A DNA stretch of 64,000 nucleotides from Podarcis bocagei (taxonomy: Eukaryota), in the NCBI GenBank assembly GCA_964188305.1, contig OZ076888.1; one strand, written 5' to 3'. The notes beneath the pieces are model-generated. The model worked only from the letters and a program-made list of their open reading frames with translations, made no database searches and had not been told where the DNA came from. The translations under genes and the position numbers were made by a program. Positions 52,507 through 64,000 of this stretch are shown one piece after another. The number at the start of each line of letters is the position of its first letter. The first letter of the stretch is position 1.

Positions 52507-53189
52507 GATTTTGGACTTCTGCTCTGGATTCTAAAGCACACACTAAAAAAAACATTGTTTTTAAATCCTCGAAGACGTGATTTGAAAAAGGAAGGCCTCA
52601 CTGGTTGGGGTCTGTTTTGTAGATACAATGCCTTTTATGAATTACAGAAGAAAAAAATGTGCTAAATATTTCACATCAACCTTAAGGCACTTAAAAAAAA
52701 AATGAAGGATTTTGTTTTTTAACTATAAAAAGAAGAAGAAAAATCAAGGGCCGGGCCCTGTTCTCAGAGATGAAATGGATTGTGGGGAGTGGTATCTATG
52801 GTGGTGTCTTATTGTGATGACATCCAGATCTTTATTTTCATGTTTGGTTTCTTCCACCTAACACACGCACAGTCTTAGACGGGCTCAACATTTTGCAGGT
52901 TTGGTTTCCGCTATGCCTTGATCCACCCAACGCTTCCTGAAAATAAATGTTGTCATGTGGGGCTGATGCGTTTGAAATCAGCAAGGCTTCCACAGACCTA
53001 AAGAGGGACAAGCGCGTTTCCCAGAACAGGTGCAGATTGACTAAGGACGGTATAAGCACAGAGCCCTTGGTTGAACTATAACCCTCATTTTGGGCATCTG
53101 ATATTTTTGAAGAGCTTGCTTCTCCTGCTGCATCACAGAAAACAGAAGGCAAAAAGCAGCTTCCAAGCCACACCTTGTTGCCCCCCCCT

Positions 53190-53317
53190 TTCCATCTAGT
53201 GAAGTAGGACTTTGCCTATGAAAGCTCACACCACAACAGATCTATGAGTTTCCAACGTGCCACACATTTCTTTGTTGCTTCTATTGCAATGGATTCTACA
53301 CTGCTACACTTCTGGAA
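53190..53317 (+). mobile_element. Degenerate Penelope-like terminal fragment (decayed hammerhead motif)
   Basis: CTAGTGA-A-GTAGG-ACTTTG-CCTAT-GAAAGCTCACACCA...gtgccac...ctttgttg...gctac; colinear with 12926-13052. Confidence 0.55.
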
Positions 53318-53608
53318 TTTCTTCTCAATGTTCTGGGTTTCCCCTTTTGTTTTTGTCTTTATGCTGCTTTCCTGGCCTCATTTACTTTGTGGAGCACTAG
53401 AAAATTATGCTCTTGGGGCCAATTTATACAGTCAACAGAGCCAAGCAGTAAAGCTTTGCCTGGAGTGTGCCGCTATAGACAGGGGTGGTGTTGCTTGCAT
53501 GTGTGAATGTTCAAATAAAAGAAACATACCTTGGAGAAGACTTTTCTATCCAATATGCTAGATTTCTACATACAGTGCCTTGGATCGTAAGATAAACTAA
53601 TGTAAGGG

Positions 53609-53896
53609 AGTTCATGGAAGTCAAGTGTTCCTTCTCCTCCCCCTGCTTCTTTGAAGGATCAGGGCTCCCTCCTGAACAATGTGGGATGGGCTACTGCAGC
53701 CTCCCAAATTGGACTTGGAGTTTACTTAAGTTCATGGAATAAAAATTTCCTGTCTCATCTTCTCCCAACAGCTCCCTGAAACCCATCCCAAATAATTTAG
53801 GAGGGCTCCCAGTCATCCAGAGAAGTGTCTTTTGTTTTTAAGAGGCCAAGATTGCCGTGGGGCAGGGAACGGTGGGAAACTTTCTTTCCATGAACT
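53609..53896. mobile_element. Fold-back MITE inside the putative 3'UTR
   Basis: 11-bp inverted ends AGTTCATGGAA/TTCCATGAACT. Confidence 0.5.
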
Positions 53897-56696
53897 TCCA
53901 TAAGTAAACCTCTCTTAGGATCCAAGCCAATTCTTTTGTTTTTCTGGAGAGCACACAAAAGCCTATCCACCCCCACCTGTTGTGGTCCAGATCAGGTCCA
54001 GCTTCACCATTTAGTTCTGCCAGTTTTGTAAAGTTTGGTATGATTGGCAGACAGGCCGGTAGTTCCGCCCACCTGTCAGAGTTGGCCGATGGAGGCGGGG
54101 GCAGGGCGGAGAAAGATCTGGCCCACGAGGCTGAAAAGGTTCCCCCACCCCACCCCTGGTGTAAATAGACCCTCGACTGCAAGGAAACAGTGTGGGAGCC
54201 TCTGCGGTTCAGCACAAAAAACTGTCTCCTTTAGTCTGGCCTTAAAAACCACTGTAGCAGCATGGCTGCTCCCCTCTTACATCAGAGAATAGTGCCTTAC
54301 AAGGTACTGAAAATGTTTAGCGTACCTTCTTCTCCAACTCGGGTTGGAAGCAAGCAAAATAAAAATATGGATGTCTTTAATAATTAAAAAAAAAAAAACC
54401 AGCTACAGCTTTGTAAATAAACTGGAAGATATGGCACATGAACTAGAGTATACCTACAGTAATGGTGCAGCAGAACTTATTTTTGTTACAAGGTTTGACA
54501 AGGTAAAATAGGATAATTGCTAGATCCTCCTTCATCTTTCCTCCTCCCCTACCCCTCCTTTACTAGACCCAAGAAGTCTTTAGTTTACATTTGTGTGTTT
54601 GTCAGGGATTTTAAGAGAGTGAGAGTACAGTTGTCACAGTCTCAGCAAAAGATTAACTGCCAATGATGTGTTGTCTTTTACAAACTAGCCTCTGACTAAC
54701 AAATCCTTAAATTAGTCGGAGGAGGTCAACCAGAGTATTGCAACACAAGGTTCAAGGTGGACTTTATAAAAAGGCTTCACTAAGTTAAGGTGAGCTTAAA
54801 GATCAGGTAAAATATTAAAGCCATTGGTAGCCAGTGTGGTGTCCTCTAGAAGTTGATATATTGCACCTCCCAGCAGCCTCAGCTGACAAAGCCAATGATC
54901 AGGGATAATGGGAGCAACTTTTAGAGGACCACATTGGTTGTTCCTGGGTTAAAACATCCTGCAGTGAATTTGAGAACAGTTTGCTGCTGCCATGCATTGC
55001 TCCTATTGGTAGGCCAATTGACTATCGATATTAGTTCATGTCCCCTGACCTTATGATAACATGTAAGAGCAATTTACCCAATTAAGTAACTTTTGTAGTT
55101 ATAGCTGTTTATAATATATACAGTCATGCTCAGAGTAGGCCCACTGAAATCAATGGATATGATTAATTTGGCTCCATCCATTTCAGTGGGTCTACTCAGA
55201 CTGATGCTGGAGACAACCCAATATATGTAACGTGAAGTCACCTTTTGATACCTAACTCCTCCTGGGATGATGGAGCTTGTTGTATAATTATTGGTGACAG
55301 CAGAACTTGTAAGAGGTTGTCTAGACAATCCACCACATTCTGGTGCAATCACAGCTGTGCAAGGCACAATTTCAAATTTATAAGCATTGCAATGCCTCCC
55401 TTCTTAATTTATTATATTGCTTTGAGGAAATGCTTCCTACTCATTATAAATCTCCTATCATGCTATTTTGATATTTTCCTTTCTCAGAGCTACACTATTT
55501 TCCCAGCTCCTTTGAAAGACTTCAAGCTGTCCTCACACACAAGCCACATCACTTGGTTACTCAGGCGGCAGCTGAATGTGTGAACTGACTCCAACAGAAG
55601 AGTATTGCGTTTGAGGTGCTCACTCACATGCAAAATCATGATTTGATGTTTCACTTTTCAAGTGCCGAACATCCATATGCGAACCAGCCCATAAGAGCAA
55701 AACCACCCCATTTGGAACAAATCCCTACAGACAAAGTTTAGGAGCATATTCCAAAACCAATTAAGCTAGCCTAATTTAACTTAGTTTTAATTGTTCTTGA
55801 GTAGATGGCTAGTTCACTGATAAGAATCATTAGGCTTCAGATTTCTCAGTTGCTTAAAAATCTTGTTACCATCCAGCTTTTTTCTAATTAATTTTTCAAT
55901 TAGGAGACAAAAAACAAACACCAAGTGCTGGATTAAAAATACTTGTTTTAATTAAGTGATAATTATATATTATCATGTACCTACTACTTTCTCGAGAACA
56001 ATTAAACTAAGAACCATAGTGGGCCAATTAATATACCATATTTGCAACACCTAAAATCATAACTGTGTGAAAAGATCTTACTATTCCACTCTACCCCTGT
56101 TTTCAAGTTAATACATGTTTCTCTGGGAAAAAAACTCAGTTTTATTGAAAAAACAAATATGATTTGCCAAAGCATTTCACTGCCACCACAAAAATTGTTC
56201 AGCGAATAAGGCAAAACAAATTAACTAAACAGAAGCAATGGAACAGATTTATATACGTCAAAAGAGGAAGCAGAATATTATGTATTAACAGAAAGATGGC
56301 CCCATAAAGACAGAGACAGAATTAGTGGCTTTGATTATTTGTGACCTGCTGCTATCCCCCCCACCCCCCAATGCTGAAGTATTGATCTTCAGCCCTAGAG
56401 GTAAGAGAATATTTATACTGTATTATTACAGTGGGTTTTTTGCACTTTTGGAGATGTCCTAGCTAGCAACATTGTCAAACACTATGAAAGGGATTGTATA
56501 TCAGCTTTGTTAATGTATTTGAAATTTACAAAAGGATGCTTTAAATTTCAGAGATATATATTTGAAATGCAGTTCTGGGACACTTTGTGTATACATATTT
56601 AAGAAGACAGAAAAAGCTTTTACATGAATGTGCACTCCAGTGGTCAATTGGTTCTAGTATATATACTTGAAAAAGTGCCATTTCTATATGGCTTTC

Positions 56697-56697
<1 letters not shown>

Positions 56698-56747
<50 letters not shown>
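56698..56747. repeat. (ATT)n microsatellite
   Basis: Directly visible. Confidence 0.97.
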
Positions 56748-56748
<1 letters not shown>

Positions 56749-57759
56749 TTCTTTTCCTTTGGTTTGATACATTCCTTCGCCATCTGTGTTTTTGTTATTC
56801 TGAGCTGAATTGCTACATATAAAGCTGTACCATAAAGCAGGATATTCTGTGTTTGACTAGATGTGCTTGCATTAATAAAATCAGAATTGCTTCAGCCAGG
56901 CAGCATGGATGGTTGTCACTTTTTCTGCTCCCGAAAAGTAGGAATTCAGAGGTTCCCAGGCCATTTTTCAATGTGTAAAGCAGCAAGCTGATTGGATGAG
57001 GCGAATTAAGAGATTCTAGGGGAAACCCACAGGGTTGAACCAAAAGAGGACTGACATAGCATCACAGCATCGTGAACAAAAGTGTTAGCTGAAGTTTCCA
57101 GTTCAAACATCAATCTGGGAAAGAGACAAGCCTCTTACCCTCAGCGCACACCCATTCCCAGTCTCTGACAAAGATAATACTGGCAAACCTTATAAGATTG
57201 TTGTAACGATTACTAACATCCATTCAGCCTTTAAGCACTTAAGTGTCTCCTTTATTTATTTATTTATTTTAAAGCTAGCCTAACAAAACAGTACTCTTAC
57301 CCTGCTAACTATGTCGACAAACATCCTAGCTAGTTTCTGTCCTGGTGTGATGGGGTCATGATATAATGTTAATGTTTTACCAATAGCCACTTCCATACAC
57401 TCCACTGCCCCACATGAAAATCAGGACACAACCTGGATGGGGACCTGTGACCCTCCAGATATTGTTGGACTACAACTCCCATAATTCCTGACCGCTGGCC
57501 ATGCTGATTAGGGCTGGTGGTTATAGTTGTCAGTTCAACAATATCTGGAGTGACACAGGTCCCTCAGCTCTGCCCTACACCATCCAAATCCCCTATATAA
57601 TAACTGTACACTAGGTATCAAAAATAAGTCCCAAGAAGCATTAGGAAAGCAAACTTTCCTTCCAACACAGTCAAACAAAGTTGGTTATAACCCAACATAG
57701 AAATCTATGGCTGCACGCCAACAAAATTAAAGATTTAGAATTACAAGCTGGGGCCCCTC

Positions 57760-57762
57760 TAT

Positions 57763-57801
<39 letters not shown>

Positions 57802-57803
57802 TT
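57760..57803. repeat. (ATTT)n microsatellite
   Basis: Directly visible. Confidence 0.96.
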
Positions 57804-57827
57804 TGGGCTTATTTCTAAACTGATTAT

Positions 57828-58729
57828 TGTTGAAATAAGCAGGGGGATGGTATAAATAGAAAATAGACTCTAAAAATCATCAGTATAAAACCTACCAAAA
57901 TAAAAGAGCACCAGAAGATGGTAATACAAGGCTGCGGAGGCCAGGATTTCTGACTCACGGTGTAGCCGGCTAAGACTTCTCCAGTCGAGTGAAGTATGAG
58001 GCTGGCTGACTGCTCGGCTGCGCAAGGGATCTGGCACGTCGGGGTCACCAGATGTAGAAATGAAAAATCACAGGAGACGAGAGAGGCAGGTGTAGCTAGG
58101 CGTCTGTCAGGGCGGACCCTGAGAGCCTATTTTATTGAATATTGCAAGCATTGCCACAGGTGGGCCTGTGGCTGATTGGTTGATACATACACACAGAAAC
58201 TTGTAATTGGTTAACATAAGTACTAAGGCGGGAATTACATGTGAAAGGTGGGGATTACATGTGATCATTTATCATTGATGGAGAGAAGGCTGAGAATCGG
58301 AGCTAGAACTAGACAGGCATGAAGCCTCCTAATTGAATTGTAACTAGGGATTAATTGGCACAAACAATATAACAATCGGGTTCTATAGTTATGGTCAGCT
58401 AGGCATGGAGAGCAAGTACAGTTTGTTTTCCATGAGCTTAGGATGTCTGTTACTAATGATTGATCATATCATGTAACAATGTAATCAGGTTCTGTAGTTG
58501 TGGTCAGCTAGGCGTGAAGAGCAGGTTCGTACAGTGTGTGCAAAAGCAGGGAAAAACCTACGAGCAAGACTTCTCAGAAAGCAAGAGAAAAGAGGAGCAA
58601 GGCTTCCCCAAAATGGAGCAGTTTTGTGCAGAAAGAGACTAACAGTTATATGCAGAAAGAAGACTTCCCTTTACCCAAGTGAAGTGTGAAGAGGCATTTA
58701 TAATGAGCCGCAAAATGTTGTCGCTTACA
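57828..58729 (-). mobile_element. Truncated endogenous retrovirus: 5' LTR (58053 to about 58729), tRNA-Trp PBS and leader
   Basis: Minus strand ...TTTCTACA-TC-TGGTGACCCCGACGTG (16-nt match to the tRNA-Trp 3' end); AATAAA at 58131-58136(-); CCAAT boxes; tandem U3-like repeats; splice donor ACC|GTGAGT at about 57955; far LTR boundary uncertain. Confidence 0.8.
58033..58050 (-). other. Primer binding site, tRNA-Trp
   Basis: TGGTGACCCCGACGTG(cc), 2 nt after the LTR-terminal CA. Confidence 0.85.
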
Positions 58730-59219
58730 CACAAATGGGCAACTCCTGTTGCCCCCAGCAACACAAATTAAAGGCAACAGAGTCCCCAAATGGACATTTT
58801 TTAATTTAGGCACCTCATTTGCCCTACGATGTGGCCCAATGCAGGAAGACACTCCGACAAAAAGGCAGGAATGACGGCAGGGCAGGTTGCAATTTAACAG
58901 TCCCTGGGAGTGTCCCCATTGGCTGGTTGGGCCTGCTCCCAGGGGAACACCCAAACAAGGGCTGCTGGCATTGGCCGATAGCCATGTGATTTGGTCTGCC
59001 ATTGGTCAGATCACTTGCACGATTCGGGGCCTGGCCGCATCACCCACCCAGGAAGGTGAGCGGACTTACCTAGGCTCTTCACAAAGGAAACTACAAGCAT
59101 CCCTTTACTTTGTGAGGAGAAGACTGCTGTTGAAAGGCACCTGCCCTCTTGTGTCTTTGGCAGTTGGTTGCCTAGCAACACTGCTTCTATTCAACCCCCC
59201 AGGATTCCATAGTCAAGAG

Positions 59220-59287
59220 TCATAGAATCATACAGTTGGAAAAGACCAGAAGGATCATCTAGGCTAGTCAGCCCCCTGCAAGCAGGA
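59220..59287 (-). mobile_element. CR1/SINE tail fragment
   Basis: tcatagaatcatacagttggaa...ggatcatctag...ccccctgcaa; same tail as above. Confidence 0.6.
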
Positions 59288-61336
59288 GCTAAGAAGCAGG
59301 AGGTGACCGAATGCCAGGTGAGTTCTGCTATAGGACAAGTCGATGACAAGGGAAACCTCTCCCTTACAAAAGAGAGAATAGTTTGTATACAGCACAAAGG
59401 GAAGGGTGTCTTTTATATGCAAGGCAGATTGTGCAGCAATAAGTCAGAGCACATATGCCAGCCTTCTTTGCACCTACTAGAATTTTGGGACGCCAACAGT
59501 CACTGGGGAAAGGATCCAGTCATTTCCAATAAGGAATTGACTGCTTGCCATAAGCTCAGGACACAAAAGTGTGCTTAGTCACAGAACCTCTTCATGCGGA
59601 ATGTGTTTAGCCTTAGTTGTTGGCTTGTAAGTGTGCAACTAAAATATAGTGCAAATGCAATGAACAGGTATTTGAGAACACCTGTGTCCTACTGGTGTAT
59701 TCATTCAAGAGTCTGGATTAGCTATGAGTGGCTTCCTATTGAGCGTACAATTGGTGACAAATCCATTACATTACATTATGTGTGAAAGAGTTTCTTGTTA
59801 CATTCGTAAAAAGCAAAATGGTACTCAAAAAATTCCCGTCATTGATTGTAGCGGGAACAAACTGGACTGAATCTACATCTCCAGAAAATGGATTTTAATT
59901 TCACAAGACAAGTTTTAAGCATCCAGTAGAACAAAATCCTACATAAAAAGCTGAAGATCTCACATGCCACCAGGTGGACACAAAAAGTAAACTGATCAAG
60001 GTATATAGAAGTTGTATGTCAATGAGTCTTAATATTTTAAGCTACACCTATCACAGGAGGAAGATAAAAACCTGAGCCATAGACATATAGATTTCAGGGG
60101 CTAGAAGGCACCAAGCAATTAGTCTAGTCTATCACGCTGCACTGCTTCAGGACCCAGCAATACTTGGTTATACTATTTAGCTATTAGTTGTATTGCCTAG
60201 GGGTGAGTCACAATGCACAATACACGTGAGACAGATGTAATTTATCTGTAAAACTTTAACATATTATTATTATACAATGAGGCATTCAGCTAGAGGCAGT
60301 ATAGCACCTGAACAAAACTGACAGAGCAATGATCTACCACATAGCAAGCTAAGAAAACTAGCCACAAACCTTGAAGGTGACCCCATCAAACGCAGAATCA
60401 GAGTTCTTCAGTGAACACAGCTGCAGGGTAGAAATGTAGTATGCCAATAAATCACTAATTAATTAATCTACAAAAGAGACTAGCCCACAAAAAAGTAGTA
60501 GCTCGCCTGCCTACATATACAATAATATGAATACTTAAAGTAACTTTTGCAAAAGCATTTCTGCTTGGTCCCATGGAACATAATCTGAGCTGGATCTACT
60601 CAGAAGTCAGTCCTATTGAATTCAGTTGGGCTTACTCTCAGGCAAGTGGTCCCAGGACTGCAGCCTTATACACCAGTTAATTTTTCAAGTGTTCATTCTG
60701 GGGAATGGCCATGCAAACAGGACCTTGGTCTGGTCGGCTCCTGTGATGGTACTTGTCTTATACCTCTGAATACCTGAACTTTTAGATCAGGATAGGTAGC
60801 CTGTGACCCATGGCCTAATTTTGTGGGTGGCAAGGAGGGCGAAAGGCAGGGAGAAGGGGTGTTCCCCGACCAGATTACCCTGAATAGGATGCAGCCCTCA
60901 CCAGACAAAAGGTTGCCTACCTGTTTCAGACAATGGTGATTCAAGAGGCGGCATTTCTATAAGCGTAGTCTGATTGACTCTGGAAACTTGGCTTTGAGTG
61001 CTCTTTTTCTGTACTTCCGCATCTAGTGGTCTCTGCTGTCCAGAAAAGCCTTACTTCTGCTTAGGCCTTCACCAAACTTTTGTTTCTATAGGCTTCCGAG
61101 TAACCAGATAACTGAATTCTGGTGAGAAAGGAAGCTCTTACTAATAAGGATGTGAGATCATGGATTGAGTGCACCTGTGTTCTTTAGTGATGGCTGTGAG
61201 CTCAAGGTCAGTTTGGCTGCCTGCTTGATTAACAGCAATTGTGGGACTGTGAGAATGCACTTACTGAAGTCCTGGAAGTCCTGAGTTTCTGGTTGGTTGA
61301 GAAATTCTGATGCAGTTCTTAGGTCATTCTCTATAA

Positions 61337-61473
61337 CAGGGTTTCCCAAACTGGGGACTCCAGGTGTTTTGGGATAACAATTCCCATCATCCCTGACCAC
61401 TGGGTCCTGCTAGCTAGGGATGATGGGAGTTGTAGTCCAGCAACAGCTGAAACCCCAAATTTGGGAATCCCTG
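61337..61473. mobile_element. hAT (Charlie-like) palindromic MITE
   Basis: CAGGGTTTCCCAAA...TTTGGGAATCCCTG; 8-bp TSD CTCTATAA/CTCTAGAA; relatives at about 32076-32185, 32255-32385, 41355-41465 and 57430-57575. Confidence 0.85.
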
Positions 61474-63511
61474 CTCTAGAAGTATGAGTTATCTGCAGGG
61501 GCATCCAGTAAGGTCTGGGGAACTCCTAACCCAGGCTAGGGGGCAACAGGGAGTAGCGGCAGCTTATTATTTTTGCAAGGTCTGGTTGGTGGTGGACTCA
61601 GGTTGGATTTTTGTTGCCGCTTAGTCCAAACAAGATTCCTTAGTTCCTGGGTTTGGGCAATCTTGGCATCTACCTCATAAAGTCTTTCCAAGGCTACAGA
61701 AAGTGTCCTGCTCTTTCGATTAAACCTGATGGTAAGCAGCTTTGTTGCCCCTCCCTGTGTTTCAGACAAAACTTAAGAAAGGAATGGTACAACTGTATCT
61801 CCTGCCAACTTCCACAGCTGCAACCCCCATCCTTCCCACATGCCAACATGTAGCCTCTTTCTGACTTGTCATAATATCACTTCTCACTTCCCTCTACAGC
61901 TCTCCTCTTTGGGACAGCCTACAGTAACCTAATCAAATTGCACCTTTCATTTTGCTTTTAAATGTTTCTTCCCTGGGAAAAAGAAAGCAACTCTGTTGGT
62001 TCCTTCCTTATGAAAGCACTCTGATAACTGGACCATGACTGCAAGTTGTGCTCTTGTGTATTTCAGTAAATTTGCTAGTTTCTAGACAGCTCCGCTGAAC
62101 AGCTGCTTTTTTGTCTAGAATAGGAATCTGGTTCACTTCAGGAAAATCACCCTCAGTTATTCATGGTCCAGGAGGACTTATTCACAGAACAGTTTGCTCT
62201 AAGAAGTGGAGTGAAAATAAAAGGAGCAGATTCAATCTTGGCAACTAAATCTGTAGAATGACCTTATTTAGGATACTACAGCTTTGACCAACTCCTCTAT
62301 ACTGTCTTCTCTGGGAAGTCATTGTTTCCCACTTATAGAAAGAGATGTGAATATATGCTTTCAATTGTCTTATTAGGTACATCAGAACAAACCAGACAAG
62401 CTGTGTTGATGCTTCACAATTTGACAAAAAGAAAGGGGAATTTAAACACTGGGCATTTATTTGCTGATGAACAGTGACAGAAATGAGACAGTTTGATCCT
62501 TGCATACCATGCAATTTACTTTTGATTAACACTGAACAAACAGGGTCTTGTTCTATTTCTCAGTGAGTAGAGACAGGTCAAGACGCCTTCTCATAAAAGC
62601 TGTAATTAATCCCACAATAAAACACAGCATGGGTAATAAGAGTTCTTCCCTAGGAAAAGCTTTTTTTAAAGAGTGTTTGCTTGGAGTTGCATTTGTTAAA
62701 GGAAACTGAATTCGCTTAGGAATCCTAGTCTCTCTCATAGGAAATTAACAATTCACAACATATCCAGCTGTGAAACCAAAAGGACAGGTATGAGCAACAC
62801 CAAAAATACACACAGCAAATACAAGGTCAAGCATTACAATTTTACTTCCATGGAAGCAGATTGTGGGCCTTTGGTAGCTGACACAAAAAGCTCCCCACGA
62901 TAATCAAGTTTGCTCTACACCTTCAGCGCTGGACTCTGAGAACTGCTGAGCAGTCAAGATCAAACTGATGTATTATGTAGGCTGCTATGTCCTCAACCCT
63001 ATAATGAGACTTTGTGAAGTTATTACTTAGACAACCTTCATTAAAACTATTCTGGGTTGGTGTGCAAATGTGTAAATAAAATTCACTCCACCACAGTAAT
63101 AACAGTTTTAAAACAGATAACAAAAGGAAATCCAAAAAAAACCCTAAGTGGGATAAAATATTATTCAAAAAATACAATCTATTATTTAAATTTCCCTTAC
63201 TTCGGTATAGTGAAGGGAACGCCAGGTATCCCACAAGCAGAATAATAAGCTTGTGAATATGGCCAACTTCACAGGACCTACAAAGTGGCCTGGGACAGAT
63301 ATTCTGACTGTAGACAACTGGTTAAATCCAGATTAACTGCGGAATCAGTTTGGGTGCCCTGGGATATTTTACACTTGTTACTCTCAACTTCCCTCTTGCT
63401 AAATGCTGCACAGCAAAGGAAGGGAAGTTTAAAATGCAGTTTATGACACAGCATGAGGGTGGGGGGTCAGCCAAGCAAAAGTCAAATCCCACCAGGCTAT
63501 TGCAAATCCCA

Positions 63512-63869
63512 TAAAGGTAAAGGTAAAGGGACCCCTGACCACGAGGTCCAGTCATGACTGACTCTGGGGTTGCAGCACTCATCTTGCTTTATTGGCCGAG
63601 GGAGCCAGTGTACAGCTTCCGGGTCATGTGGCCAGCATGACTAAGCCGCTTCTGGAGAACCAGAGCAGTGCACGGAAACGCCGTTTATCTTCCCGCTGGA
63701 GCGGTACCTATTTATCTACTAGCACTTTGATGTGCTTTCGAACTGCTAGGTTGACAGAAGCAAGGACCGAACAACGGGAGCTCACCCTGTCATGGGGGTT
63801 CGAACCGCCGACCTTCTGATCGGCAAGTCCTAGGTTCTGTGGTTTAACCCACAGTGCCACCCATGTCCC
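63512..63869 (-). mobile_element. Sauria SINE, full length
   Basis: (AAAGGT)n tail at left; head ...ggtttaacccacagtgccacccatgtccc at right. Confidence 0.92.
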
Positions 63870-64000
63870 TTACATGAGCAAATCCTATACATGAGCCTAA
63901 ATATGGATCCTTGTCAAAGTGATCAAACAGCAAGTTATGTGGGAGTTCTGCATTTGGTTTTCCCAATGTTCTTCTTTTTTCCTTAAAAAAAGTTAGGTGC

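Larger units (their letters stand above)
52507..56900 (+). other. RASGEF1A: Putative long RASGEF1A 3'UTR with several candidate poly(A) signals
   Basis: Follows the stop codon; AATAAA at about 52942, 53514, 53738, 54358, 54416 and 56874; AU-rich, TE-poor terminal block at 56.3-56.9 kb; 3' end is inferred. Confidence 0.5.

Noticed and set aside
57824-58048. 74-aa hydrophobic ORF in the ERV leader as a pre-gag protein
   Set aside because: It starts at a GTG inside the PBS, its hydrophobicity follows from the T-rich leader, and it shows no gag motifs.
56900-64000. 3' exons of CSGALNACT2, the neighbour expected from human synteny
   Set aside because: No recognisable coding sequence was found on either strand in this interval.
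1-64000. Prokaryotic-type systems (CRISPR arrays, operons, defence islands)
   Set aside because: The sequence is intron-rich vertebrate DNA with no regularly spaced repeat-spacer array and no long uninterrupted ORFs.

Overview
Vertebrate genomic DNA, very likely from a lacertid lizard (Podarcis/Lacerta-like), judged from Sauria-SINE, Squam3-like SINE, CR1/L2 and squamate MITE content. The window holds the complete coding region of RASGEF1A on the + strand: 12 coding exons from 17207 to 52506, 1428 nt, 475 aa, MPQTPIFSS...TTLLNRA*. All junctions are in frame, and one intron has a non-canonical GC donor. A CpG-enriched, CRE-containing promoter-like region near 10.4-10.75 kb carries a candidate in-frame upstream coding exon, and a long TE-invaded 3'UTR probably runs to about 56.9 kb. 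The rest is intronic or intergenic DNA with many nested transposable elements. The most unusual signals are: a 127-bp TSD-flanked Penelope-type mini-insertion carrying a minimal hammerhead ribozyme motif, sense to the transcript, with a decayed relative in the 3'UTR; a truncated endogenous retrovirus (LTR, tRNA-Trp PBS and leader); and SINEs with different tRNA heads (Lys and Ile) sharing one CR1 tail. I see no convincing novel protein-coding system, and almost all listed ORFs outside the RASGEF1A exons look spurious. Repeat family names come from recognition, not from a database search.
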